Under the pieces are notes generated by a model. The model was not told the origin of the DNA, made no database searches, and was given only the letters and a program-made list of their open reading frames with translations. A stretch of DNA of 64,000 nt from contig PWKK01000023.1 of assembly GCA_003560665.1 (NCBI GenBank), positions 186,040 to 250,039 of the forward strand. The letters run 5' to 3'. Source of the stretch: Candidatus Nealsonbacteria bacterium (lineage in GTDB: Bacteria > Patescibacteriota > Minisyncoccia > Minisyncoccales > PWPS01). The first letter of the stretch is position 1. Each line of letters opens with the position of its first letter. This document shows, one piece after another, positions 28,352 through 37,838 of the stretch. The position numbers were made by a program, and so were the translations under genes.

Positions 28352-29863
28352 TTATTTTTTTTGTTCTTGTAGTGCCGATTTAATGTGTTTTTTTGCGGTT
28401 GTTGTTTTTGCATACTCAAACCACTTTTGACTGGGTCGACTCGATTTGCTGGTGATAATTTCTACAATATCCCCGTTCTTTAATTGACTGTTTATTGCAA
28501 CCATTTTTCTGTTTACTTTCACGCCGCTGATGCGGTTACCTATTTCCGAGTGTATTGCGTAAGCAAAATCAATCGGAGTTGAATCGATTGGGAGATCAGT
28601 CACGTCTCCTTTGGGAGTAAATACAAATATTCGTTGTTGGAAAAAATCTTCTTTTAGATCTTCTTCAAGAGCTCTTTTATTTTTATCCAGTGTTTGATAT
28701 TCTACCAACTCTTTTATCCACGAAGGAATATCGTCATAATTAATTTCTTTTTCTTTTGAGCTTTTATCAAAAGGTTTTTTAAAAGGAAGGAGACGTTTAA
28801 TCCAAAGAAGGTTAGATCCTATCTTTGTCTTCTTGCTTTCTTTGTAATAAATATGTGAGGCGACACCGTATTCTGCCTCTTGATGCATTTTTTTTGTTTT
28901 GATTTGAACTTCCAATACGTTTCCGTATCCGGTAAATATCGTGGTATGGAGTGCCTGATAACCGTTGGGCTTAGGAAAAGCGATGTAATCTTTTATTCTT
29001 CCGGGGAGAGGTCTCCATATTCCGTGGATGATTCCTAAAACCTTATAACACTCATCAACGTCCGAAAGAATAATTCTTAACGCGGATATATCATAGATTT
29101 TTTCAACATCCCAATCTTTTCTTAATAACTTTCTATAAAGACTGTAAAGAGTTTTGACTCGATAATCAAGATTAAAGTTGGTAACTCCGTTTTTTGCCAA
29201 ACCCTTTCTAATCGATTTTTGAAATTTTTCTAACTTGCCGGAATCTTCTTTTCTTTTTTCTTTTAGAATTTTTTTTGTTTGTTCGTATTCTTTGGGATAT
29301 ACGAAAGAAAAAGAAACATCTTCAAGGGATCTGCTTAACTTTCTTATTCCAAGGCGGTAAGCGACAGGAATATAAATCTCCAAAGTTTCTTTAGCAATCC
29401 TTTCTTGCTTGTGTTGGGGGACATGTTGTAGTGTCTTCATGTTGTGCAATCTGTCGGCAAGTTTGATGATGATTACACGAATGTCTTGAGAAACGGCAAC
29501 AAAAAGTTTTCTCAAGCTTTCGTTATGCCTTTCCACTCCCCTGTATTTTATTTTTCCTAACTTGGTAACTCCTTTCACCAGAAAAAGAATTTCCTCTCCG
29601 AAAAGCTCTTCAATTTTTTCTTCTTTAACATTTGCGTCTTCCAGCGAATCATGCAAAAGACCCGCCGTTACTGTTATTGGGCTCATCCTTAGCTCTGCTA
29701 AAATTTTTGCGGTTTCGTAGAGATGATTAAAGTAAGGCTCGCCAGAAAATCTTTTTTGCCCATCATGTATTTTTTTTGAAAAATCAAAAGCGTCCGCAAT
29801 CATTCTTGCGTCTTTTTTAGAAAGAGGGGACAACAGATCAATAATTTCTTTTGCATTTTCCAT
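28352..29863 (-). CDS. RelA/SpoT-family (p)ppGpp synthetase/hydrolase (HD + synthetase + TGS, short C-terminus)
   Basis: RFSGEPYFNH, LLHDSLED, IKLADRLHNM, KDYIAFPKPNGYQALHT, EVQIKT, TGS domain VFTPKGD...DFAYAIH. Confidence 0.94.
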   Translation of the reverse strand: MENAKEIIDLLSPLSKKDARMIADAFDFSKKIHDGQKRFSGEPYFNHLYETAKILAELRMSPITVTAGLLHDSLEDANVKEEKIEELFGEEILFLVKGVTKLGKIKYRGVERHNESLRKLFVAVSQDIRVIIIKLADRLHNMKTLQHVPQHKQERIAKETLEIYIPVAYRLGIRKLSRSLEDVSFSFVYPKEYEQTKKILKEKRKEDSGKLEKFQKSIRKGLAKNGVTNFNLDYRVKTLYSLYRKLLRKDWDVEKIYDISALRIILSDVDECYKVLGIIHGIWRPLPGRIKDYIAFPKPNGYQALHTTIFTGYGNVLEVQIKTKKMHQEAEYGVASHIYYKESKKTKIGSNLLWIKRLLPFKKPFDKSSKEKEINYDDIPSWIKELVEYQTLDKNKRALEEDLKEDFFQQRIFVFTPKGDVTDLPIDSTPIDFAYAIHSEIGNRISGVKVNRKMVAINSQLKNGDIVEIITSKSSRPSQKWFEYAKTTTAKKHIKSALQEQKK

Positions 29864-30077
29864 GTTTTGATTCTATTATAAATGAAAAAATTCTACAAAT
29901 TACCCCTTCGCTCTTGACAAAGATTTTTAAATTGTAAGAATGTAGACAAGGACATGCGCAAATACAAAAAGAGGTCGGCTATTTGCACACAGAAATTTTA
30001 AAAATAGTTTTTCGATAATAATTATATCCGTCACCGCAAGAAGTGGTGTTATCAACGGAAAATTTTCGAAATAAAAA

Positions 30078-30272
30078 ATGGTTACAAAAAAGAAAGCGAC
30101 CACAAAGAAGAAAGTAGTCGCAAAAAAGAAACCGGTAAAGAAGAAGACAACAAAAAAAGTAACCCCGAAAAAGAAACCGGTAAAGAAGAAGACAACAAAA
30201 AAAGTAACCCCGAAAAAGAAAACGACCGCTAAAAAGAAAACGACCGCTAAAAAGAAAACGAAAAAGAAATAA
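30078..30272 (+). CDS. Lys-rich histone H1-like / nucleoid-associated repeat protein
   Basis: 64 aa, more than half Lys, KKxxx pentapeptide repeats; 45-bp and 18-bp tandem DNA duplications; upstream TTGACA promoter and downstream terminator. Confidence 0.7.
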   Translation: MVTKKKATTKKKVVAKKKPVKKKTTKKVTPKKKPVKKKTTKKVTPKKKTTAKKKTTAKKKTKKK

Positions 30273-30311
30273 AAGAAATTTTTCTACCCGCCCCAAAAAG
30301 GGCGGGTTTCT

Positions 30312-31772
30312 TTAATCGCCTTCTTTGTTATTTTCTATGATGAATGTAACGTAAACAGTTCGAGAAGAATCTTGATGTATTTTATGAAACTCTTGAAGAG
30401 TAATTCTGGTTTCAATAGTTTCCGTTTCGATTAAATCTTTTGCGTTGATTGCTTCCGTAAAAACCACTTCGGGCGCTTCCTCTTCTTCGGGAACGAGTAG
30501 TCTAACTTTATCCGGACTCACTGATATTTCCTTTAAATCTGCGTCCCTAGGTTCTTCGATGATGTTCGCTTCGACAGGTACTTCGTGTAAGGTGTATTTT
30601 TGTGCTTTAATTTGAATCGTAGAAGGATTAATGTTTACCACGGAAACATTGAAAGGATGGCTGATATAACTTCTGTCCAATTCAATTTCATTTAATCCCG
30701 ACTCTATTCTATCTCCGGAAATAGCGATTCTTATTGCATCTGCGGGAATAGTATTTAAAACAGCTTGCCCGCGTGCAGAAAGAGTAATGGTTACTGTTTC
30801 CGGAACAGTGCTTTCGATTATTTTTTCTTCAGAGATATTGGTGTAACTTATAGGAACACTAAAATCACGCTGGACTATCTCTGCTTGAAAAACAACAAAA
30901 AACCACGCAAAACAGGCAATGGCGATTGCGGAGATTTTTTCAAAAGTACGTTCTTTGAATAAAAGTTTAAAAAAGTTTTGGGGACGCTCGGGAAACTTTT
31001 CGCGGTAGTGCTGGTTTAGATACTTTTCCAATTCTTGTGTATCTTTAAGTACTTTTATCTTTCCGTATTTGGCGACGGCAACCTCTCCACGCTCTTCGGA
31101 AACAACTATTGCCAATGCATCTGTTTTTTCGGAAATACCAATTGCTGCACTGTGTCGTGTTCCTCTTTCTTTAATCTGTTTAAGGTTTTGCGAGAGGGGG
31201 AGATGAATACCAAATTTTTGAGCTCGGTCTTTGTCGATAATTACAGCTCCGTCGTGACCAGGAGAATCCGGATCAAAAATACTTTCAAGAAGAGGGGCGG
31301 TCACTATACCATCCAGGATGTTACCTCCTCTGGTGTGGCGGTCTATTAATTCTCTTCCGGGGATAATAATCAGAGCGCCGTGTTTTTTACGCATCAGATT
31401 GGAGGCTGCTTGTACGACCGAGAAGACGGTTGATGAAAAGGCAACAGCTGTTCTGTTTTTGATTCTTCCTCTTCCCGAAGTGGCAATAAGTTCAAACGAT
31501 CTTTTCAGTTCATCCTGAAAAACAATGACAAGAACGATAATAAAAATACTAAAGAATGATTGCAATATTAGTGCGGTGATATAGAGATGGAATGCTCTCG
31601 CGAGAATGTAAATCACGCCAAGAACGCCAAGCCCGATAAAGGCGGCCAGAGAGCGAGTTTGCTTTAAAAAGAGAATTCCTATGTAAGTAAAGATGGCGAT
31701 AATAAGTACATCAAGAAGATCAGTTAGATATATAGAGCCTCCAAAACTCACATCGAGAAAGTCAAAACCCAT
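30312..31772 (-). CDS. cdaA: Diadenylate cyclase CdaA fused to YbbR/CdaR-like extracytoplasmic repeats
   Basis: 3 N-terminal TM, DAC motifs HDGAV and GTRHSAA, VVSEERG, then a TM and a YbbR-like region (VPISY...PETVTITL, VSPDKV). Confidence 0.88.
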   Translation of the reverse strand: MGFDFLDVSFGGSIYLTDLLDVLIIAIFTYIGILFLKQTRSLAAFIGLGVLGVIYILARAFHLYITALILQSFFSIFIIVLVIVFQDELKRSFELIATSGRGRIKNRTAVAFSSTVFSVVQAASNLMRKKHGALIIIPGRELIDRHTRGGNILDGIVTAPLLESIFDPDSPGHDGAVIIDKDRAQKFGIHLPLSQNLKQIKERGTRHSAAIGISEKTDALAIVVSEERGEVAVAKYGKIKVLKDTQELEKYLNQHYREKFPERPQNFFKLLFKERTFEKISAIAIACFAWFFVVFQAEIVQRDFSVPISYTNISEEKIIESTVPETVTITLSARGQAVLNTIPADAIRIAISGDRIESGLNEIELDRSYISHPFNVSVVNINPSTIQIKAQKYTLHEVPVEANIIEEPRDADLKEISVSPDKVRLLVPEEEEAPEVVFTEAINAKDLIETETIETRITLQEFHKIHQDSSRTVYVTFIIENNKEGD

Positions 31773-31884
31773 AACTATTTTTTATAGAAAATTTTATACT
31801 AAATCTCTCTTATTATATAAAGGATATTTTATTTGTCAAAAAGGTGATAATTTGGTAAAATTGACTAAAATTTGTATTAATGAA

Positions 31885-32370
31885 ATGAACAGAAAAATAT
31901 TACGGTACTATCATCCATCGTTACGTAAAAAGGCCCAAAAAACGGAAACGGGAGAAAAAACCGACAAAATAATAGAAACGATGAAAAAAACCCTTTGTGA
32001 AGAGGGGGGGGTTGGGCTTGCTGCACCGCAAATAGGGGTCTTAGAAAGGATTATTGTCATTGATTTGGGCCAGCAAGTTGACGTCTTTCTAAATCCGGAA
32101 ATAATAGAGAGGAGTGAAGAAACAATACAGAGCAAAGAAGGTTGTTTGAGCCTAAAGGGAGTTTGGCTTGATGTTACCCGGTCAAAAAAAATAAGAGTGA
32201 AGGCATTAACGAGAGAGGGGGAGGAAATAGAAGTGGAGGCAGAGGGTTTGCTGGCAGTGGTTTTTCAGCATGAAATAGATCATTTGAATGGAAAGCTCTT
32301 TATTGATAGAGTGAGCTTTTTAACAAAAGCAAGAGCATTTTTGTCTTATTTTTTTAAAAGAAATGATTAA
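31885..32370 (+). CDS. def: Peptide deformylase
   Basis: GVGLAAPQIG, EGCLS, QHEIDHLNG; start MNRKILRY at 31885. Confidence 0.96.
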   Translation: MNRKILRYYHPSLRKKAQKTETGEKTDKIIETMKKTLCEEGGVGLAAPQIGVLERIIVIDLGQQVDVFLNPEIIERSEETIQSKEGCLSLKGVWLDVTRSKKIRVKALTREGEEIEVEAEGLLAVVFQHEIDHLNGKLFIDRVSFLTKARAFLSYFFKRND

Positions 32371-32974
32371 CCTTGCAAATTCTTTAAAAGGAAAGGGGTT
32401 TTTGGAAAAGAAAGAGAATTATGATGCTTTCTGTAAAATTGACCGTGCTGACTTTGTTCCTGAAGACCTTGAGGAGCATGCATATCAGGACGCCCCTCTT
32501 CCCATCGGTAGTGGGCAAACAATATCTCAGCCGCAAGTTGTTGCTTTGATGATTGACCTTCTTTCTCCCAAAAAGGGAGAAACGGTTCTTGATATAGGAT
32601 TCGGCTCCGGATGGACAACGGCACTCTTAGCGGAGATTGTGAAAGAAGGGAGAGTGGTCGGCATTGAAAGAGTACCGGAAGTTTATGAATTCGGAAAGAA
32701 AAATATCGAGAAGTACGGTTTTATAAAAAACGGGATGGTAGAAGTTTTTCTGGGGGATGGGAAAAAGGGGAAGAAAGAAAGAGGTCCTTACGATGGCATT
32801 TTGGTCTCTGCAGCGGACAAAGACCATAGTCTCCCACCAAAACTAAAAAACCAGCTCAAAGAAGAAGGGAGAATTGTTATGCCCATTAATTCATCTATTT
32901 TTTTATTTACAAAAAAAGAAGGGAAGCTTGAGAAGGAAGAGTATCCCGGATTTGTTTTTGTTCCATTACTATGA
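32363..32974 (+). CDS. pcm: Protein-L-isoaspartate O-methyltransferase
   Basis: AYQDAPLPIGSGQTISQP, LDIGFGSGW, PYDGILVSAA, FVFVPL. Confidence 0.93.
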   Translation: MINLANSLKGKGFLEKKENYDAFCKIDRADFVPEDLEEHAYQDAPLPIGSGQTISQPQVVALMIDLLSPKKGETVLDIGFGSGWTTALLAEIVKEGRVVGIERVPEVYEFGKKNIEKYGFIKNGMVEVFLGDGKKGKKERGPYDGILVSAADKDHSLPPKLKNQLKEEGRIVMPINSSIFLFTKKEGKLEKEEYPGFVFVPLL

Positions 32975-34014
32975 TTAAAGAATTATTCATTGTACTTCTA
33001 ACGCTGATTTTTGCCGGTATCATTTTTGCCGGTGGTTTTCTCTACTGGGGAGTCTATCTTCCGAAAGACACTTCTCAAGAGGAAGTTTTTTTTGTTGTAA
33101 GATCAGGAGAAAGTCTTGCGACTATTGCTGAAAACTTAGAAGAGGAAGGAATCATTAAAAAAGGATATTTTTTTACAATTTATGGGAGGCTGACAGATAA
33201 AGGCAAGAGACTTATGCCCGGTAACTACAGGCTTTCTTCATCAATGAGTGTGGTGAAATTAATAGAAATGATAGCTGGCGGAGGGGAGGACAGGTTAACG
33301 ATTGTTGAAGGATGGAATTTGAGGGATATTGCGGAATTTTTGGAAAGAGAAGGGTATGGAGAAAAGAAAGAGTTTTATCGACTTGCAGGAAAACCTCCTT
33401 CCTATGTTGATGGAAAGGTAGCGTCCCAAAAACCGGGGGAAATAGAAAAGGATTTAAATTTTTTCGGAGAAAAGCCAGATAATCTACCCATTGAAGGATA
33501 TCTTTTTCCGGACACTTATTCCATTTCTCCTGGAACATCAATGGAAGAAATTATTCGTTCTTTTCTGTTTAATTTTGAAAAAAGAATAACCCCGGAAATA
33601 AAAGAAAGAATGGAGGAGAGGGGTTTGTCCTTGTTTGAGACGATTACGCTTGCTTCTCTGATAGAAAAAGAAGTAGCTTCTCTTGAAGATAAAAAACTTG
33701 TTTCCGGAATTATTAAAAAACGTCTGGAGATTGGGATGAGATTGCAAATAGATGCAACAATCACCTATCTTACGGGAAAAAGATCGGTACGTGTCTCTAT
33801 TGCAGAAACAAAAATAGATTCACCATACAATACGTATATGTACGAAGGTCTTCCGAAAGGACCGATTTCTAACCCGGGAGAAGAGAGCATTATAGCTGTG
33901 CTTTATCCTGAAGAGAGCGATTATCTTTATTATCTATCCAAGCCAAGCGGAGAAACTGTCTTTAGTAAAACACACGAAGAGCATGTAAGGGCGAAAAATA
34001 ATTATTTAAGATAA
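32971..34014 (+). CDS. mltG: Endolytic transglycosylase MltG
   Basis: N-terminal TM, EGYLFPDTY, ASLIEKE, LQIDAT, SPYNTY...GLPKGPISNPG. Confidence 0.94.
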   Translation: MIKELFIVLLTLIFAGIIFAGGFLYWGVYLPKDTSQEEVFFVVRSGESLATIAENLEEEGIIKKGYFFTIYGRLTDKGKRLMPGNYRLSSSMSVVKLIEMIAGGGEDRLTIVEGWNLRDIAEFLEREGYGEKKEFYRLAGKPPSYVDGKVASQKPGEIEKDLNFFGEKPDNLPIEGYLFPDTYSISPGTSMEEIIRSFLFNFEKRITPEIKERMEERGLSLFETITLASLIEKEVASLEDKKLVSGIIKKRLEIGMRLQIDATITYLTGKRSVRVSIAETKIDSPYNTYMYEGLPKGPISNPGEESIIAVLYPEESDYLYYLSKPSGETVFSKTHEEHVRAKNNYLR

Positions 34015-34535
34015 TGAAAAAAGCTCTCTTTGTTATCGCCTTCAAAAACTTTCGGGACGAAGAGTATTTTATTCCGCAAACCGTTTTTAAGAAGGAAGGA
34101 TTTCGGACTAAAACAGCAAGTATAAAAAAAGGAGTTGCTTTCGGTTTGTTCGGAGGAGAAGTAGAGGTGGACTTGATTATCGATGAAGTAAAAGTAAAAG
34201 ATTTTGATGCGATTGTTTTTGTCGGTGGTCCGGGAACCTTGGAGTATTTAGACAACGAATCATCTTATCGCATTGCAAGAGAAGCGAAGAGAGACAACTT
34301 ATTACTTGGATCAATAAGTATCGCTCCGATAGTTTTGGCAAACGCCGGGGTCCTAAGAGGGGTGAAGGCGACCGTGTGGACGTCCCAGATGGACAAGAAA
34401 GCGATTTCAGTTTTGAGAGAAGAAGAAGTTTTGTATCAGAATAGGGACGTGGTTTGCGATGGAAAAATTATTACTGCAAGTAGTCCGGATGCTGCAGAGA
34501 AATTTGCAAAAGAGGTAATAAAAACGTTATCCTAA
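34014..34535 (+). CDS. DJ-1/PfpI family protein
   Basis: FRDEEY, FDAIVFVGGPG, LANAGVLRGVKATV, VVCDGKIITA; the nucleophile position reads SISIAP. Confidence 0.88.
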   Translation: MKKALFVIAFKNFRDEEYFIPQTVFKKEGFRTKTASIKKGVAFGLFGGEVEVDLIIDEVKVKDFDAIVFVGGPGTLEYLDNESSYRIAREAKRDNLLLGSISIAPIVLANAGVLRGVKATVWTSQMDKKAISVLREEEVLYQNRDVVCDGKIITASSPDAAEKFAKEVIKTLS

Positions 34536-34677
34536 CATCTTGTTTATAAATTTCGATAGTTCGGTGAGCCTTTAAAAAGCCCCGAAGCCACTAATTTTCT
34601 AGTACTAAAAATTTTAATTTGACAAAAAATTATAAAAAGATATAATTACGGCACATTATCTCAATATCCAAAACGAC

Positions 34678-34787
34678 ATCCGCAGACAACAGGGGTATCA
34701 TGCTTAAAGGCATTGTACTTAAAAAACCTGTCGAGGATAATTAAAGAGTTTCATTTATTGTCTGCGTTGTTTAATGCAGATTTTTTT
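34678..34787 (+). promoter_or_regulatory. Ribosomal protein L10 leader (autogenous control RNA) with an attenuator hairpin
   Basis: CCGCAGACAACAGG...CTTAAA...CCTGTCGAGG kink-turn-type pattern, then TCTGCGTT-gttt-AATGCAGA-T7; promoter TTGACA(34619)/TATAAT(34641). Confidence 0.8.
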
Positions 34788-35297
34788 ATGACTATCACCA
34801 AAGAAAGAAAAAAAGAAATTGTGGATCAACTTTGTGAAAATATTAAAAAGCAAGACAGCTTGTTTTTCGTTAATTTTAAAGGAGTGGCGGGAAATGAAGC
34901 AAATATTTTAAGAAACGAGCTGACAAAAAGTGGAGCAAAGATGGTCGTTGCCCGAAAGACGCTGGCAAAAATTGCCTTCCAAAAAGAAGGGATTGATTTC
35001 GATCCTCTTCTCTTGAATGGAGAGGTAGGTTTTGTCTTCAGTTTTGAGGAGGGAATTAATACAGCAAAAATTATCCGCAAGTTTGAAAAGGAGGGAAAGA
35101 TACTCCTTTTGGGGGGAGTCTATGGCGGTAATGTTTTAACAGAGGAAGAGGCAAAGGCGATTGCCGACCTCTTAACAAAAGAACAGCTTCTTGCAAAACT
35201 TCTTGGAACAATATCCGCTCCCATGGGTGGATTCTTAAATGTTTTGCAGGGAAACACCAAAGGTCTTATTAACGTCTTAGCTAAAGCTAAAGTATAA
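34788..35297 (+). CDS. rplJ: 50S ribosomal protein L10
   Basis: MTITKERKKEIV, VVARKTLAKIA, LLTKEQLLAKLLGTISAP; start moved to ATG 34788. Confidence 0.94.
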   Translation: MTITKERKKEIVDQLCENIKKQDSLFFVNFKGVAGNEANILRNELTKSGAKMVVARKTLAKIAFQKEGIDFDPLLLNGEVGFVFSFEEGINTAKIIRKFEKEGKILLLGGVYGGNVLTEEEAKAIADLLTKEQLLAKLLGTISAPMGGFLNVLQGNTKGLINVLAKAKV

Positions 35298-35358
35298 GAA
35301 TTAACAAATGACATGCGATGTGTGACCAAAGGGTTACGAGTTGCAAGTCGATATTACT

Positions 35359-35865
35359 ATGACCGAAGAAAAAAAAGAAGAAACAAAGAAGCCCGCTGAG
35401 AAAAAGGCGGAAAAAGAAGAAAAAACTTCCAAAGAGGAGGATAAGAGCGTAGAAAAAGAGGAGAAGAAGGAAGTCCCTAAAAAGTTTGAAGAGCTTGTTA
35501 AAAGTATTGAGAATCTCAGCGTTTTAGAACTTTCTGAGCTGGTAAAGGTTTTGGAAGAAAGATTTGGCGTTTCTGCCGCTGCCCCTGCCGCTGCCCCTGC
35601 CGCTGCTCCTGCTGCCGCTGAAGGAGGAGAAGATTCGGGAGAAAAGAGCGAATATAATATCGAGCTTAAGGACGTGGGAGATAAAAAGATTGAAACCATT
35701 AAAGCGGTAAGGACGATTACCGGAAAAGGACTGAAAGAGGCAAAAGACCTAGTTGATGCTGTAGCAGGAGGACCACAAGTGGTAAAAGAAGCAGTTCCTG
35801 CAGAAGAAGCAAAGGAAGCCGAAAAAACCCTCAAGGAAGCTGGTGCGGTAGTAGAGCTGAAATAA
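35359..35865 (+). CDS. rplL: 50S ribosomal protein L7/L12 with a charged N-terminal extension
   Basis: [54 protein letters not shown]. Confidence 0.96.
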   Translation: MTEEKKEETKKPAEKKAEKEEKTSKEEDKSVEKEEKKEVPKKFEELVKSIENLSVLELSELVKVLEERFGVSAAAPAAAPAAAPAAAEGGEDSGEKSEYNIELKDVGDKKIETIKAVRTITGKGLKEAKDLVDAVAGGPQVVKEAVPAEEAKEAEKTLKEAGAVVELK

Positions 35866-35877
35866 CCAAATAGAAGA

Positions 35878-37692
35878 TTAAATTTCAAGAGAATATACCT
35901 CTTTACCGATAAGGAGGTATATTTTTTTTTCATCGGAGCTAATCGCAAGATCTTTTAGATCTGCAAATTTTTCATTGTGGAGTTGCTTTATAACATCTCC
36001 TTTCTTACTTAAGAGAACCAGCCTCTTTTCTTGCGAGTCAATGATGAAAAGGGGAGTATTCGAAGAAGTGTATATCTTTGTTGCTTGTGACAGAGAGGGA
36101 AATAAGAACGGAGCAAAAGTTTCTTCTTTTTTTCCTCGATAGTAGCGTTGTATTTCGTTTTTTTGATTAAGAACAAAAATTGATCCGTCAATGGCGATCG
36201 AAATACCATCCTTTATTTTATCTTCGCCTTCTTCAATCCAAGGAACTGGTGTTTTTCCTGAATAACGCAGAATCTCTCCAGCGGAGTTTAGAAAATAGGG
36301 TTGTCCCAAGAAACTAGAAAGAGAGACAAACTTTTCTTTGTCGGAGAGAAGTTCTATGTTTAGCTTAGAAATAGTCTCATCTTCGATTAAAACAATGATA
36401 TCTGGTGAAGAGAACAAGATAATTTTTCCTGCCGAGTAGGATGCAAAATTAAACCCCTCATTAACAGGAAGATCGTGCAGGGTTTCTTTTTCGGAGTCTT
36501 TGTCAAAAACACTCATTATTGGCGAACGAGAAGAAAAGAGGTATAACCCACCTCTTGCTGAAATTATTTTATCGGGATTCTTCTCCTTAATTTTTCCGAT
36601 AAAGTCCATTTCGCGTAATTCTTCTCCCTTAGTAAGGGCGAAAAGTTCATTTTTCGCTGAAGAGTAGACCTCCTCAAACTTTTTTTGATTTCTTGTTTCT
36701 TTTATTATTAACAATTCTAAATCAGAAAAAGCCTCCTTAATAAGAGATATGTTTTTTTCTTCCTTTCCCTGAGATATTTTTTCTTGTATGAGAGAAATTT
36801 CTGTTTTTTGTCGGCTCCGCCTAATGTTGTTCTCGATTCCAATTGCCAAGCTACCCAAAACAATAACCCCCAAAAGAAGAAGTGGTAGGAGAAGGGACCT
36901 TTTCTTTAGAGAAGGCTTTTTTATATAAATTTGAGGAGTTTTTATTTTAAATTTAGGAATTTTGATTTTAACGAAGGAAACCACTGTATCAAAAAACATT
37001 TTTCGGAAAGAAAATGTTTCTTTTTTTTCCTTTGAAATTATTTTTGTTTCTTTTTCTTTCAAAGAAACAGAGTGATCAACAATAAGAGCCACTCCGGAAA
37101 TATTCGGAAACTTTTCTTTTTGAAGAGAGGATATCTTCTCCATAGTTTCTTTTCCTGGTGTGGTTTTTGCTACATCTTCCAGAATTTTTCCTTTTTTAAA
37201 AAAACTATATATTTCCGGCGTAAGAACGGCTAACTTGTCTTTTTTTTCCATTTTTCCGGAAACCATATTGGAAAAAAGATTAGAACCGGTGTTTTCCAGC
37301 TCTTCACCAATATCCCTCACTTTTTCACCGTTAAAGAGAAAGATTCTAATCCTTCCAACCTTCCCAAGATGAACAGAAAAGTTTTTCAGAGAAACAAGAG
37401 CGATATCAAGTTTCCCGGCACAGCCTCTTTCGCGGATAAACTCGTTTACTTCTCTTAATGTTTCTTTTAATGCTTTTTCAGGAGAAGAAGAAGTTTCTTT
37501 GTAGTAACACTCCTTTGCGATATGAAAAATGTTTTGTAAAAGAGGATGGTCCTTCTTTTCCGGGTTAGAGATTTCTCCAACCATGTAAAGCCTTCCTATT
37601 TTTCCCTCATAAGCATCTCTCGGCTTGTGTTGAAAGCTTTCTAAGACCTTTTTTTCATCTTTTGGATTGAAATAAAGCTCAAAAACCTGCAT
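35878..37692 (-). CDS. Hypothetical single-pass membrane protein (degenerate PP2C-like N-terminus, beta-propeller-like C-terminus)
   Basis: Central TM (LLLPLLLLGVIVLGSLAI); C-terminal repeats such as SIAIDGSIFVL and DLAISSDEKKIYLL; domain calls are tentative. Confidence 0.65.
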   Translation of the reverse strand: MQVFELYFNPKDEKKVLESFQHKPRDAYEGKIGRLYMVGEISNPEKKDHPLLQNIFHIAKECYYKETSSSPEKALKETLREVNEFIRERGCAGKLDIALVSLKNFSVHLGKVGRIRIFLFNGEKVRDIGEELENTGSNLFSNMVSGKMEKKDKLAVLTPEIYSFFKKGKILEDVAKTTPGKETMEKISSLQKEKFPNISGVALIVDHSVSLKEKETKIISKEKKETFSFRKMFFDTVVSFVKIKIPKFKIKTPQIYIKKPSLKKRSLLLPLLLLGVIVLGSLAIGIENNIRRSRQKTEISLIQEKISQGKEEKNISLIKEAFSDLELLIIKETRNQKKFEEVYSSAKNELFALTKGEELREMDFIGKIKEKNPDKIISARGGLYLFSSRSPIMSVFDKDSEKETLHDLPVNEGFNFASYSAGKIILFSSPDIIVLIEDETISKLNIELLSDKEKFVSLSSFLGQPYFLNSAGEILRYSGKTPVPWIEEGEDKIKDGISIAIDGSIFVLNQKNEIQRYYRGKKEETFAPFLFPSLSQATKIYTSSNTPLFIIDSQEKRLVLLSKKGDVIKQLHNEKFADLKDLAISSDEKKIYLLIGKEVYSLEI

Positions 37693-37778
37693 ATATCATT
37701 ATTATAGGTATTTTTAAAAATTAGGCAATTTACTCCCGGAAGGGCCTTGACAAAAAAGAATGAGAAAATATAATTAAA

Positions 37779-37805
37779 TTGGCACTATAGTGGAGAGAGT
37801 GCCAG
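37779..37805 (+). promoter_or_regulatory. CIRCE element (HrcA operator)
   Basis: TTGGCACTA-N9-GAGTGCCAG versus consensus TTAGCACTC-N9-GAGTGCTAA, just downstream of TTGACA(37747)/TATAAT(37769) and upstream of an Hsp20 gene. Confidence 0.85.
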
Positions 37806-37838
37806 AAAGGTCTATTACAAACCAACTATAAAGTAACC

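Noticed and set aside
12110..35948. Long antisense ORFs (12110..12580, 14164..14958, 29979..30296, 35334..35948, etc.)
   Set aside because: Reverse-strand shadows of real genes with biased codon usage; Ser/Phe-rich with no family motifs.
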